From the NCBI GenBank assembly GCA_038255465.1, contig JBBSLJ010000006.1, positions 1 to 53,531 of the forward strand: a DNA stretch of 53,531 bases, read 5' to 3'. This stretch comes from Candidatus Saccharimonadales bacterium. GTDB lineage: Bacteria > Patescibacteriota > Saccharimonadia > Saccharimonadales > JACDFO01. Below the pieces are notes generated by a model that was given only the letters and a program-made list of their open reading frames with translations, was not told the origin of the DNA and ran no database searches. This document shows, piece by piece, positions 8,099 through 18,027 of the stretch (positions are counted from its first letter, which is position 1; each line of letters begins with the position of its first letter). A program made the translations under genes and the position numbers.

Positions 8099-9043
8099 AT
8101 GTCGGAAACAATTGTGTTATCAGCGGTGCATGGAATTGCGCCGCGCAGCGACGAGCTGTTAAAACTAGGTGCTGATTATGAGCGTGGCCGTGCAACGCAG
8201 GAGACATTCACTGCGTACTTAGTACAAGAAGCAGATGAATGGTTACAAGTACAGCGGGAGGCTGGTATTGCTTTTCCTGAAAACGGCAAGCTCGGTTGGC
8301 AGGACCACTTGCGGCCACTTGTAAATGTAACAGATGGCTTTGCACCGGATGTTGACAACGGAACTGTTACCAGGTGGTTTGAAGATAACCGTTTTTATCG
8401 CCAGCCGATAATTGTCGACAGGCTACAGCTTGATCTTACCAAATTTGAACAGGACTTTCCGCCCACAGGAGAAAACATCAGCCTATTGTCGCCCCGAAGT
8501 TTTTCGTCCTTGTGTGCGAACGCGTTTGCGGAGCTACCAGCCGAGCGCAACATTGTCCAACTTTACGGCGAGCTACTGTTCTGCTTAGAACAGCGCGGTG
8601 TAAAAAGGGTAACCTTTACAGAGTACCTTCCGGCAGCGCTACATGGTGAGGGATTAGATAGCATTAAACTTCTAGCAGATTGGTCGCCTGATATAGCTTT
8701 TGCTGTTTTTGCGCCAGGTGGCCAGTGTGATGTGCCGTATAATCCAACATCAAATATTGGTATTGGCCTTGAAGGCGCAGTTCTAAATAAGATTGCAACT
8801 TCACCTGAATATCGTAGACCAGCGTTTAAGGGTAAGGAAATATGGCATCAAGCTATAGATACAACAAATACGCAAAATACTAAAAGTGACATTGAAGCTC
8901 ATTTAGACATCATTCGTGAGCTTGCTCCTGCTAGGTTGGTCATAACACATACCGTGGACTTGGAATGTCTTCCGCTGGTGGTGGTTAAAGACAAAGTCAA
9001 GCAGCTTGGAGAATTAGCTGCCAAAGTGGCGGAAAAATTATGA
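8099..9043 (+). CDS. Split cobalamin-independent methionine synthase, N-terminal-like subunit
   Basis: GIAPRSDEL, WQDHLRP and TRWFEDNRFYRQP resemble the MetE N-domain. Overlaps the catalytic gene. Confidence 0.75.
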   Translation: MSETIVLSAVHGIAPRSDELLKLGADYERGRATQETFTAYLVQEADEWLQVQREAGIAFPENGKLGWQDHLRPLVNVTDGFAPDVDNGTVTRWFEDNRFYRQPIIVDRLQLDLTKFEQDFPPTGENISLLSPRSFSSLCANAFAELPAERNIVQLYGELLFCLEQRGVKRVTFTEYLPAALHGEGLDSIKLLADWSPDIAFAVFAPGGQCDVPYNPTSNIGIGLEGAVLNKIATSPEYRRPAFKGKEIWHQAIDTTNTQNTKSDIEAHLDIIRELAPARLVITHTVDLECLPLVVVKDKVKQLGELAAKVAEKL

Positions 9044-10167
9044 GCGAAGTACTGTTAACGCAAGAAGTCGGAAGCCTTGCTAAGCCAAACTGGCGGGTTG
9101 AAGCCATCGCTGGTAGGGAAATTACTCGTGAGCATATACATGATGCTGCGAACTGGGCAGACCGCCTGGGGCTGGATCCTATAGAAACAGAAGACATTCT
9201 GTGCCAAGCAAGACATTATTTACGCACGGATGGTGCCTTGCGGCCACAAGATGCTATCGCAATTAAAGACATGGCCGCCCTCCAAGCAGTTAGGTTGCAA
9301 GAAAAAGCGGGGTTAGACATTATCTATGACGGCGAACAAGACCGCAGTGAGATGTATCAGCATGCTATAAGCCGAACAAACGGCATTGAACCTCGTGGAC
9401 TAGTGAGGGTATTTGACAATCGATCTTACAAAAAATTTGCTGTGGTACGTGAACCGAGCATTGATACGCCATGGCATACGAGTGAAGTTGAACGCTTACG
9501 GAAAGCAACAGACAGGCAGATTAAAGTGCCGATAACGGGGCCGTATACGCTTGGCGACTGGTCATTTGACGAGTATTTTGAGGACAAACGTGAGCTGGTT
9601 CTTTCGTTAGCCAGAAACGTTATCCGGCCTAATCTGATTGCGTTGCTTGACCAAGGCGTTGATTGGATTCAAATTGATGAGCCTGCAGCGGGTACTAAAA
9701 ACGGCGAGACTAGCCTAATAGTTGAAAGTTTTAATGAAGCAACAGCTGGTTTGATTGGAAAGTTCAGCATGCATTTGTGCTACTCAGACTGGAGGCGACT
9801 GTTCCCGGATTTTAAAGCGCTTGAAGACTGTCAACAATTTTCAATTGAATTCGCTAATCGTGATAGTCCTGAGCTTGGAAGAAGCGCAGCAAATCGACCG
9901 GGCTATGAGGTCTTAAAAAATATTCATGCTGCGGCACCGGAGACAAGCATCGGGCTCGGGGTAGTCAGCATTCACGAAGACATACTGGAATCACCCGAAC
10001 TTGTAAGAGATCGCGTGCTTAGAGCTGTCGATATTGTCGGTGATCCGGCTAAGGTATTTCCTTCGCCAGATTGCGGACTACGCACCAGAAGCTGGGAAGT
10101 AGCTTACGAAAAGTTGGCGCGAACTGTCGAGGGTACAAATTTAGCTAAACAAGAACTAGGAGTTTAA
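9040..10167 (+). CDS. metE: Cobalamin-independent methionine synthase, catalytic domain
   Basis: QEVGSLAKP, DGEQDR, KVPITGPYTL, WIQIDEPA and the Zn ligands MHLC, E and PDCGL. Confidence 0.9.
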   Translation: MSEVLLTQEVGSLAKPNWRVEAIAGREITREHIHDAANWADRLGLDPIETEDILCQARHYLRTDGALRPQDAIAIKDMAALQAVRLQEKAGLDIIYDGEQDRSEMYQHAISRTNGIEPRGLVRVFDNRSYKKFAVVREPSIDTPWHTSEVERLRKATDRQIKVPITGPYTLGDWSFDEYFEDKRELVLSLARNVIRPNLIALLDQGVDWIQIDEPAAGTKNGETSLIVESFNEATAGLIGKFSMHLCYSDWRRLFPDFKALEDCQQFSIEFANRDSPELGRSAANRPGYEVLKNIHAAAPETSIGLGVVSIHEDILESPELVRDRVLRAVDIVGDPAKVFPSPDCGLRTRSWEVAYEKLARTVEGTNLAKQELGV

Positions 10168-10169
10168 TT

Positions 10170-11291
10170 ATGACAAAAAATATATCTTTCTTTACGTCAG
10201 AGTCGGTCTGTGCCGGGCATCCTGATAAAATTTGTGATGCGATAAGTGATGCAATTTTGGACGCAGCGCTTGCGCAGGATCCATTTAGCCGTGCAGGCAT
10301 TGAAACAGTTGCCGGAGCAAATCAGGTAAGTTTGTTCGGAGAAATAAAATCATCTGCCAAAATTGATTTTGAAAAAATTGTTCGCACCAAAATACGTGAG
10401 CTAGGTTACACAAAACCGGAGTGGGGATTTTCTGACAAGTCTCCGATTAGCAACTTTATTCATGAACAATCGCCTGAAATTGCTATAGGCGTTGATCAAG
10501 AAGGTGCCGGTGACCAGGGGATGATGTTTGGCTATGCGTGCAATGAAACGCCAGAACTTTTGCCATTACCAATTAGCCTTGCTCATGCGCTGGCAAAATG
10601 TATTGATGATGTACGAGAATCCGGAGTCCTGACTTGGCTCAGGCCGGACGGCAAGGCGCAGGTGACTATTCGATACGAAAACGACAAGCCCGTAGCAGCC
10701 GAAAAGGTGGTCGTAGCAGTAGCGCATGATGAAAATGTCGACAATAAAACGGTAGAAACAGGCGTAATTAAGCATATCGTTACCCCAACACTAGAAAAAT
10801 ACGGCCTAAAAACGCCCGCTTATGCAAACATCGTCATTAACGGCACGGGTTTATGGCATATTCCAGGACCGGAATCAGACGCCGGACTTACGGGACGCAA
10901 AATAGTTGTTGACGGATATGGCGGTTATGCTCGTGTTGGCGGTGGTGCATTCAGTGGCAAAGACCCAAGTAAGGTTGACCGTTCAGGCGCCTACGCTGCG
11001 CGCTACATTGCAAAAAATGTAGTTGCTGCAGGTTTGGCTGACTATTGTGAAGTTGCGCTAGCTTATGTAATCGGTAGGCCTGATCCGCTCATGCAAACGA
11101 TTGAAACATTCGGTACTGAAAAAGCTACCAAAGAAGCGATAGAAGCATATGCAAAGCGGCTGATTGATACTTCAGTAAAAGGGATTACCAAGAAGCTCGG
11201 TCTTAGGCGGCCAATTTACTCAAAAACCAGCGCGTATGGTCATTTTGGCAAACCTGATTTACCATGGGAAAAAATCATTAAGACTACCTAA
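10170..11291 (+). CDS. metK: S-adenosylmethionine synthetase
   Basis: FTSESVCAGHPDK, GAGDQG, GGGAFSGKDPSKVDRS. Confidence 0.98.
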   Translation: MTKNISFFTSESVCAGHPDKICDAISDAILDAALAQDPFSRAGIETVAGANQVSLFGEIKSSAKIDFEKIVRTKIRELGYTKPEWGFSDKSPISNFIHEQSPEIAIGVDQEGAGDQGMMFGYACNETPELLPLPISLAHALAKCIDDVRESGVLTWLRPDGKAQVTIRYENDKPVAAEKVVVAVAHDENVDNKTVETGVIKHIVTPTLEKYGLKTPAYANIVINGTGLWHIPGPESDAGLTGRKIVVDGYGGYARVGGGAFSGKDPSKVDRSGAYAARYIAKNVVAAGLADYCEVALAYVIGRPDPLMQTIETFGTEKATKEAIEAYAKRLIDTSVKGITKKLGLRRPIYSKTSAYGHFGKPDLPWEKIIKTT

Positions 11292-11331
11292 GTCTTATGC
11301 GCAGTCCATCCAGCACTAAAAAATCTATCTT

Positions 11332-12078
11332 TCAGCGCTCTATACGAAGTTCTAAGCTAGAAATTGGTGCATACCAGCCGCGTTCAAGCACGAAGGCCTG
11401 AAACTTTCTGTCAAGGCCTGTAATTACCATCACGCCTACCAGAATGAACATAATACCAATTACTCGCTTGAACCAACCGCCTGGATTACTGAGCCAGCGA
11501 AGCTTTGTAATAACGCCTTGACCAGCATAGGCAATCAATAAGAGTGTTGAGGCAAGGCCCGCTGCGTACGCAAAAAGGTAAATCAGGCCCTGAAAAAAAG
11601 AGATGGGCAAAATGGTCGCCACAATCAACGCATAGGTGGGGCTGCAGCTATTAAAAACCGGTCCGAGAGAGAAGCCAATAAGCATATCGCCCCCAATATT
11701 TTTTTGCTGCAATGACTTGCCAAGTATCTTACTGGAATTGAGGTTTAGCTGATTGACAACGGGTATACGTTCCCAGAGGTCTGGTTTTAAAAAGTTAATA
11801 CCTAGCAGTAAAATAATTACCCCTGCAATTATTTGCCAGGTCATCTGCGGAATACCCAGCAAGCTGGTCGAGTACTTAAGTAGCAGTGTAAATAGAATCA
11901 CTGAAACGGCCAGGCTAGTGGCGATTACGAGCGGTCTATACCAGAGCCGTTTCTGCGCCGCTTTTGTATCACCGCTACGAGCAATGGTACCGCCGACAAT
12001 GACTGGCAATAGCGTTAAAATGCAAGGTGCTGCAACGGTTAGTACCCCGGCAATAAACGATAAGATTAGTAATGTCAT
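11332..12078 (-). CDS. ccdA: CcdA/DsbD-family membrane electron-transfer protein
   Basis: APCILTLLP and NSCSP motifs. Six TM segments. Confidence 0.85.
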   Translation of the reverse strand: MTLLILSFIAGVLTVAAPCILTLLPVIVGGTIARSGDTKAAQKRLWYRPLVIATSLAVSVILFTLLLKYSTSLLGIPQMTWQIIAGVIILLLGINFLKPDLWERIPVVNQLNLNSSKILGKSLQQKNIGGDMLIGFSLGPVFNSCSPTYALIVATILPISFFQGLIYLFAYAAGLASTLLLIAYAGQGVITKLRWLSNPGGWFKRVIGIMFILVGVMVITGLDRKFQAFVLERGWYAPISSLELRIER

Positions 12079-12542
12079 AAAAAGTTGCGTTTAACTGCGT
12101 CAAAGGTCGGCTCGTCGTAGGCGACGTATTTGCTTAATTGTTCGCCTTGGTCGTCAACTTTAACAAAGGTGGTTTGTAGGGTTACTCCATATTTCTTACG
12201 TAACGCTTGGTTCGTGTCGTAGTCAACTTTAATAATTGTGATACCTTCGGGCACACCTTGTTCTTTAATTCCTGCTTCAATGGAACGGCATTGCGAGCAC
12301 CACGGTGCATGAAAGAACAGGACTTTTGTGCCTGTAGCCTCAGCAATTGCCATGTCACTGTATGAGACGTAAGCTCCAGGGTTGGATGGCATTGTCGACG
12401 GTGGGTTTGTTGCTTTGCTTTCTTGGTTGCTGGTATTCTGCTGACTTTTTGGCGCGCTGGTGCTAGCTGGCTTTAAAAATACAAAAACTAATGAAATAGT
12501 TATCAGGGAAAGCAAGCTTAAAACTATAATACGTTTATTCAT
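12075..12542 (-). CDS. Membrane-anchored thioredoxin-family protein
   Basis: FFHAPWCSQC motif and an N-terminal TM segment. Confidence 0.88.
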   Translation of the reverse strand: MNKRIIVLSLLSLITISLVFVFLKPASTSAPKSQQNTSNQESKATNPPSTMPSNPGAYVSYSDMAIAEATGTKVLFFHAPWCSQCRSIEAGIKEQGVPEGITIIKVDYDTNQALRKKYGVTLQTTFVKVDDQGEQLSKYVAYDEPTFDAVKRNFL

Positions 12543-12589
12543 AAACCTAATTATAGCGCATTACTTTACATGCGCGTACAATGCTGATA

Positions 12590-13498
12590 ATGATTAAGGC
12601 ATCTAACCTAAGTAAGAAGTACCGCAGGAAAATGGCTGTCAATGACGTTTCATTTACTGTTGATACCGGTAAGGTGACCGGATTTTTAGGTCCGAATGGC
12701 GCAGGTAAGTCAACCACAATGCGATTAATGCTCGGTCTTGATAACGGGGGCGGATCAACACAATTTGATGACAAAAAACTGTGTGAATACGCGCAGCCTT
12801 CAAAAATAGTCGGAATTCTTTTAGAAGCAAAAGCGTTTCATCCAACACGGACAGCCGCGTCACATTTAAAAGTATTAGCCGATGCGGGTGGAATACCTCA
12901 CTCCCGGGTGTACGAGGTTCTTGATATAGTAGGGCTCCAAGATGTTGCTAAGAAAAAGCCGGGTAAATTCTCGCTTGGTATGAGCCAGCGGCTTGGTGTC
13001 GCCGCCGCTATTTTGGGCAACCCTAAATATTTATTATTAGACGAGCCGGCCAATGGCCTTGATCCTGAGGGAATCGCCTGGCTTCGTGATTTTCTTAAGT
13101 CTTACGCTGATAGCGGCAACGCAGTATTTGTATCGAGCCATTTGTTGAGTGAGATCTCACTTATGGCTGACAATATTATTGTGATTGGAAAAGGCAAGTT
13201 ACTTGCAAATACATCCATGGAAGAAATTTTGGCAGGCAATGGCCACGCAAGCGTATCTGTGAGATGCAACAAACAAAGCGTACTAGTAAGCGCACTTGAT
13301 AAAGAGAAGATTGCTTACAAAGCAACGGATACCGGTTTAGTTGTTTTAGGAACCAAAAGTGACGTTATCGGCAAGCTGGCCTATCGCCACGGAGTCACTG
13401 TTTTGGAACTAGCACCGCACAATGCTTCGCTAGAAGAGATATTTTTGGAACTGACGGCCGAATCACAGGAATATAAAACCCAAAAGGGCACAAAATAA
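12590..13498 (+). CDS. ABC transporter ATP-binding protein
   Basis: GPNGAGKST, FSLGMSQR, LLLDEP. Confidence 0.93.
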   Translation: MIKASNLSKKYRRKMAVNDVSFTVDTGKVTGFLGPNGAGKSTTMRLMLGLDNGGGSTQFDDKKLCEYAQPSKIVGILLEAKAFHPTRTAASHLKVLADAGGIPHSRVYEVLDIVGLQDVAKKKPGKFSLGMSQRLGVAAAILGNPKYLLLDEPANGLDPEGIAWLRDFLKSYADSGNAVFVSSHLLSEISLMADNIIVIGKGKLLANTSMEEILAGNGHASVSVRCNKQSVLVSALDKEKIAYKATDTGLVVLGTKSDVIGKLAYRHGVTVLELAPHNASLEEIFLELTAESQEYKTQKGTK

Positions 13499-14262
13499 TG
13501 TTACATGCGCTTAAATCAGAAATCAGAAAACTCCTGAGTGTGCGCTCGACGTACGTTATTTTGTTTTTGGTTTTAGTCTTTACTGCTATATATGCGTTTT
13601 ATGTCGAAGGATATCGTGGGCTGAGTGGCTCAGGGGCGTCTCAGGTAAATGAGTACGCATTGCGTGAAATCGTACTTATTGCAACTACTACCGGTAGTAT
13701 ATTTTTAGCTGTTATCGGCATATTATTTATAGTTCACGAATACCGCCACAATACAATCATGTATACGTTAACTGCTTCGAACAGTCGCACTAAAGTACTA
13801 GGTGCTAAGCTACTTGCCCTGTTAGGTTTTAGCGTAGCATTTACCGCAATTTGTGGATTATTCGGACTGCTTAGTTATTTTATTGGAATATCTTTGCGCG
13901 ATGTATCCTTGCCCGAACAAACATTCGACACGATAAATATAATTGGTCGGATTATGTTTTACAACCTTACCTATGCGCTATTTGGAATGCTGCTGGCAAT
14001 AATAACGCGTAATATTGCTGCTGCAATAATATTGCTGTTGATTACGCCAACAACGGTTGAACCATTGATTGGTTTGTTACTAAAAGACACCGCCGGATAT
14101 TTGCCATTTACTGCTCTTGAAAAGGCTACTGCTATTCATGGTGATGTCAGTATGTTTCCTGGTAGTCTTAGCACGGCTAGCTCATATGCTGTAGTGATAG
14201 TATATCTGCTTATAGGGTGGCTGGTTGCGTGGTGGCTCTTTTTGCGACGTGATGCTAACTAG
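13498..14262 (+). CDS. ABC-2 type permease
   Basis: SEIRKL start, EYRHNT, six TMs, RRDA C-terminus. Coupled to the ATPase. Confidence 0.88.
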   Translation: MLHALKSEIRKLLSVRSTYVILFLVLVFTAIYAFYVEGYRGLSGSGASQVNEYALREIVLIATTTGSIFLAVIGILFIVHEYRHNTIMYTLTASNSRTKVLGAKLLALLGFSVAFTAICGLFGLLSYFIGISLRDVSLPEQTFDTINIIGRIMFYNLTYALFGMLLAIITRNIAAAIILLLITPTTVEPLIGLLLKDTAGYLPFTALEKATAIHGDVSMFPGSLSTASSYAVVIVYLLIGWLVAWWLFLRRDAN

Positions 14263-14280
14263 TTTGCTATAGTAGTTAAC

Positions 14281-14661
14281 ATGTTAAGTATTTCTGACGC
14301 TACATTTGACGCTATTATTTCAAAGTCTATGGATGAACTCCCGAAGCAGTATATTGAACGTTTAGACAATGTTTTAATTACCTATGAAGATGAACCATCA
14401 GCCGGGCAACGAAAGAAATTACGCCTTCGATGCAACGAGTCTCTTTTTGGATTATATGAAGGCGTACCGCTTACCAAGCGTGGTGCTGGCTATACTATGG
14501 TATTGCCGGACAGAATCACTATTTTTAAAAATCCAATTTTAGCTCACGCATTTGACATGGACAGCTTCAAGGCACAAGTAAAACACACGCTTTGGCATGA
14601 AATTGCTCACTATTACGGCCTTGACCATGACCGCATACATTTCTTAGAAAACAAATCTTAA
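14281..14661 (+). CDS. Zincin-like metallopeptidase
   Basis: LFGLYEGVPL...PDRITIF...HEIAHYYG. Confidence 0.88.
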   Translation: MLSISDATFDAIISKSMDELPKQYIERLDNVLITYEDEPSAGQRKKLRLRCNESLFGLYEGVPLTKRGAGYTMVLPDRITIFKNPILAHAFDMDSFKAQVKHTLWHEIAHYYGLDHDRIHFLENKS

Positions 14662-15407
14662 CGGACGAAGTAGATAACGGTCACGGCGTAGCGGAGTTCA
14701 TTTTCGCCCGGAAGCACAGATAAACTAGTGTTTAGAGCCTTATCGCCCATTTCTATGCCAGCTCGAGCGTCAATCTGGATAGGTCCATCAAAGCCCGCTC
14801 CGTCTTCGACTGACTTGACGCGTCCAAGCTTGAAACCAAGTGATCCAGCAGATTGATCAGCTTTTCTGCGGGCGTCCTTTGTAGCTTCGTCTCTTGCTTG
14901 CGATTCAAGCTCTTTTCGTTTGCCATCACTGAATGACCCTTGCGGGGTAATGCTGCCCTCGGCCCCAGTTGTGCTTATGTAATCTTGTATCTTTTGAGCC
15001 ATATCTTTTGAGCCAACCGTAATATTCAATTGAGCTGAATATACATATTCATCTGTGGCCTTTTCCGGGAACGGCTGGTTTTGATAACCGTCGACACTAA
15101 GCTTAATCTGGCTATCTGTGACACCCAAATCACGAAGTTTTGCGGATACTTCTTTACCCTTGGCTGCGGCCTGATCTTGGGCAGCTGATTTGTCGGTATT
15201 ACGATACTGATATATCGGATAAAATACGTACTGATCTGGTTCGGCCTTCAATACGGCTTCACCGGTTACCTTGATGACTTCGTCACTTTTTGCAGCAGAT
15301 TTCCATGGCATCCATGTCATCAGCATTGCAATTACTGCTATAGCCAAAACTGCGCAAAGTATACGCAGGTCCACCGTAAGATTTAGTTTAGTGTTTTTAG
15401 TATTCAC
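14658..15407 (-). CDS. SIMPL (DUF541) domain protein
   Basis: IKVTGEAVLKAEPD, ARDEATKDARRKA, PGENEL. Confidence 0.85.
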   Translation of the reverse strand: MNTKNTKLNLTVDLRILCAVLAIAVIAMLMTWMPWKSAAKSDEVIKVTGEAVLKAEPDQYVFYPIYQYRNTDKSAAQDQAAAKGKEVSAKLRDLGVTDSQIKLSVDGYQNQPFPEKATDEYVYSAQLNITVGSKDMAQKIQDYISTTGAEGSITPQGSFSDGKRKELESQARDEATKDARRKADQSAGSLGFKLGRVKSVEDGAGFDGPIQIDARAGIEMGDKALNTSLSVLPGENELRYAVTVIYFVR

Positions 15408-15416
15408 GATATCCCC

Positions 15417-16217
15417 CTATAAAATTTTAAGTGACTTAATAATATCCATACTTTGCTTGTAGTCGGTAGTAGTGCTGAAATATTCCAATGGTACTGGATT
15501 TGTTGCCAAATCATCCGTAAGTTCAGTTGAGGAATAGCCACCGGCAATAATATAGGTTTCGGGTTCTGTGCCATACTCAGGACCAAGTGTTTCATCTTTT
15601 TGAAGCGAAAAGTTGCCCGCAATCATATAATAAGCAAAATTGTTTGAGCCATCCAACCCAAAGAAAGAAAGGTTTGTTTCTGGACGCTGGCTGGAAGCAG
15701 GGGCTGTATAAATTAGTTTTTCTGAAGGCTGAGATGCCACGCCTCTGCCAATATATTTACTGTCTTGCTGACGAGCACCCTGACGAATATAAATCCTGAA
15801 ATTACCGCTGATGGTAGTGCCCGTTATGCTGGTGTAACTAAATTCTGGTGATTCAACTTTGATGCTTTGTTGATCGCGATTTTCAGTCACGTTCCATGTT
15901 TCCGGGTAGGTGAACTCTACGCGAGGAAAGTCTGACTTAAATACTTTTGTGGCGCCTGTTGGCGCTATATCACTTGTTCCGCTGGAAGTGACTGGGTTTT
16001 GCGAAGCAGATGATTGCCCGTTAGCCGGTTGCGACGGTTTGTCTTTGCTTGTATATAAAGCTAAGCCAAAGCCAATGCCAGCTAACGTTAACAGAGAAAC
16101 AATAACAAGCAGTAACCGTTTTTTTGAAAAGCCGCCTTTGGGCTGCGGTTCTAGTACGGGGGGCGGAGGTGCTTGGATGCCTGTGTCGCGCGGGTGCTGT
16201 TCCTGACCCTCATTCAT
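15417..16217 (-). CDS. Membrane-anchored extracellular hypothetical protein
   Basis: Single TM, Ser/Pro/Thr linker, FTYPETW motif. Confidence 0.7.
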   Translation of the reverse strand: MNEGQEQHPRDTGIQAPPPPVLEPQPKGGFSKKRLLLVIVSLLTLAGIGFGLALYTSKDKPSQPANGQSSASQNPVTSSGTSDIAPTGATKVFKSDFPRVEFTYPETWNVTENRDQQSIKVESPEFSYTSITGTTISGNFRIYIRQGARQQDSKYIGRGVASQPSEKLIYTAPASSQRPETNLSFFGLDGSNNFAYYMIAGNFSLQKDETLGPEYGTEPETYIIAGGYSSTELTDDLATNPVPLEYFSTTTDYKQSMDIIKSLKIL

Positions 16218-16328
16218 ACTTAGGTATTGTACGCTCTTCAGCCAAGTTGCAATAGCACGAATTTGTCATACGGCTACGTCTTCAAGCATAAGCTTTCACT
16301 GAATCAATAAGATATATAGAATAGATTC

Positions 16329-16829
16329 ATGGCGAACTATAAAGGGCACTTAGCTGGAGCAGTAGTTATAACGGGCGTGTATGTCGTGGGGCTGTCGTTT
16401 CTACCCGGTGAATTACTTGAAAAAACAGGCGGGATTTTAGGTGATTGGCAACTTGTTGCTGGTCTGTTCGTCGTTGGAATGTTAATGGGTCTGTGGCCGG
16501 ACATAGATACTAACTCTAAAGGCCAGGATATCTTCTTTGGTATTGCTTTTTTGTTTGACGTGTTACTTATTAGCCAAGGTTATATTGAGGCGGCTGCTTA
16601 TTTGGGATTGCTCGCTATGACCCCAATACTCGGCAAGCATAGAGGCTGGACGCACAGTAAATGGGCAATGTTACTTGTGCCGCTGCCTATTGTTGTTGTG
16701 CCCTATATCAATAAGTCGAGCATATTGGCGACCTATCTTATCTTTTATGGGGCGGCGGTTACAGGATATTTTAGCCACTTATTGCTCGATGGACGAATCA
16801 CGAAACACATTAGGGTGAAAGGCGCGTAA
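16329..16829 (+). CDS. Membrane-bound metal-dependent hydrolase (YdjM-like)
   Basis: H, PDID, HRGWTHS and SHLLLD motifs. Confidence 0.85.
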   Translation: MANYKGHLAGAVVITGVYVVGLSFLPGELLEKTGGILGDWQLVAGLFVVGMLMGLWPDIDTNSKGQDIFFGIAFLFDVLLISQGYIEAAAYLGLLAMTPILGKHRGWTHSKWAMLLVPLPIVVVPYINKSSILATYLIFYGAAVTGYFSHLLLDGRITKHIRVKGA

Positions 16830-16830
16830 T

Positions 16831-17466
16831 ATGCGGCTCAAGATTAATCGCGCCACCAGAACTTGGCTTATATTACTGGCGAGTTTATTCGGTATAGGTG
16901 TGACCGCTTGGTTGGCAACGAATGAAAAGCTGGTTTTGGGCGAAGAGCATATCCTGCGTCTAGCGTATAGTCTGCCAGAGGATCTCAGGCTCTTTTTTCT
17001 TGTAATCACACTTCTTGGCAGTATATGGATACTGGCAATTATTTTGCCGCTTTTACTCATTAAAGAACGCTACGACGTTGCGCTGCGGCTTATAATTTCG
17101 TCGAGTCTAATATTTATCATTACAGCTATCGCCAAAGAAGTGATTGGCCGACCGCGCCCAGGCTTGTTAGTAGATCTATTGCAACGTGAACTGCTCGTGC
17201 AGGGTTATGGTTACCCATCTGGGCATACGGCTCTGGCAACGGTAATTGCACTCGTCATTGGAGCATACTTACCCAGAAAACGATGGTTTATCGTACCACT
17301 TTGGATTGGTCTGACGGCACTTTCGAGGCTGTACCTTGGAGTTCATGCTCCGCTTGATATTATCGGCGGTTTTTGTATCGGCGTGCTTGTAGCAACTTGT
17401 GTATTACTTGTGATCCCACCCCATAAAAAAATGGCCACAATACGAGTTGCAAAACCTAAAATCTAA
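16831..17466 (+). CDS. PAP2 family phosphatase
   Basis: K-x4-RPRP, YPSGH, SRLYLGVH. Confidence 0.92.
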   Translation: MRLKINRATRTWLILLASLFGIGVTAWLATNEKLVLGEEHILRLAYSLPEDLRLFFLVITLLGSIWILAIILPLLLIKERYDVALRLIISSSLIFIITAIAKEVIGRPRPGLLVDLLQRELLVQGYGYPSGHTALATVIALVIGAYLPRKRWFIVPLWIGLTALSRLYLGVHAPLDIIGGFCIGVLVATCVLLVIPPHKKMATIRVAKPKI

Positions 17467-17501
17467 GCGTAAGCTAAAAGAGGAAGTGTGAGGCTTCCGT
17501 C

Positions 17502-17530
17502 GACCCCGGGCTTTTAGCCTGGGGTCTTAT
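17502..17530. terminator. Terminator hairpin between convergent genes
   Basis: GACCCCGGGCT-TTT-AGCCTGGGGTC. Confidence 0.65.
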
Positions 17531-17546
17531 GTTTCCAGTATAAGTG

Positions 17547-17963
17547 CTATGACTTTTGGCAGGTAGTACAGAGTCCATGTATCTCTAATTGATGATTCTG
17601 GGGCAGGAATCCTAGCTTTAGTGCTACGGTTTGAATACGTAGCTCGATAGCAGGATCTTCTTCCCAAGCAATGACTTTACCGCATAAAGTGCAGGTCATG
17701 TGATGATGGTGATCATGAAACTGATTCGATAATTCTAACTTTGAATTCCAGCCAAGTTGCAGGCGGTTTAATATGCCGAGTTCTTCGAATAGCTTAATAT
17801 TTCGATATATTGTCGCTTGATCTTGAGTTGGCAGGGCGGCTATTAATTTTTTAATAGCAACTTCAGGATTAAGCTGTAGGTATTTAAAAAGTTCTAGCCG
17901 CTGCGTAGTGGCAAAGTTACCAGATTTGCCAAGAATTAATTTAAAGCGCTGTAGTTCGGACAT
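17547..17963 (-). CDS. Fur-family regulator, probably Zur
   Basis: TTQR, ATIYRN, HHHHMTCTLCG, HGLCTTC. Divergent from a ZIP transporter. Confidence 0.9.
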   Translation of the reverse strand: MSELQRFKLILGKSGNFATTQRLELFKYLQLNPEVAIKKLIAALPTQDQATIYRNIKLFEELGILNRLQLGWNSKLELSNQFHDHHHHMTCTLCGKVIAWEEDPAIELRIQTVALKLGFLPQNHQLEIHGLCTTCQKS

Positions 17964-17982
17964 ATCGCAATTTTAACTCAGT

Positions 17983-17999
17983 TTGCGAATAATTTGCAA
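17983..17999. promoter_or_regulatory. Putative Fur/Zur operator (8-1-8 inverted repeat)
   Basis: TTGCGAAT-A-ATTTGCAA overlaps the -35 (TTGCAA) of the ZIP gene promoter. Confidence 0.55.
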
Positions 18000-18027
18000 T
18001 CTTTACCGGCCGTAATACACTTATGGT

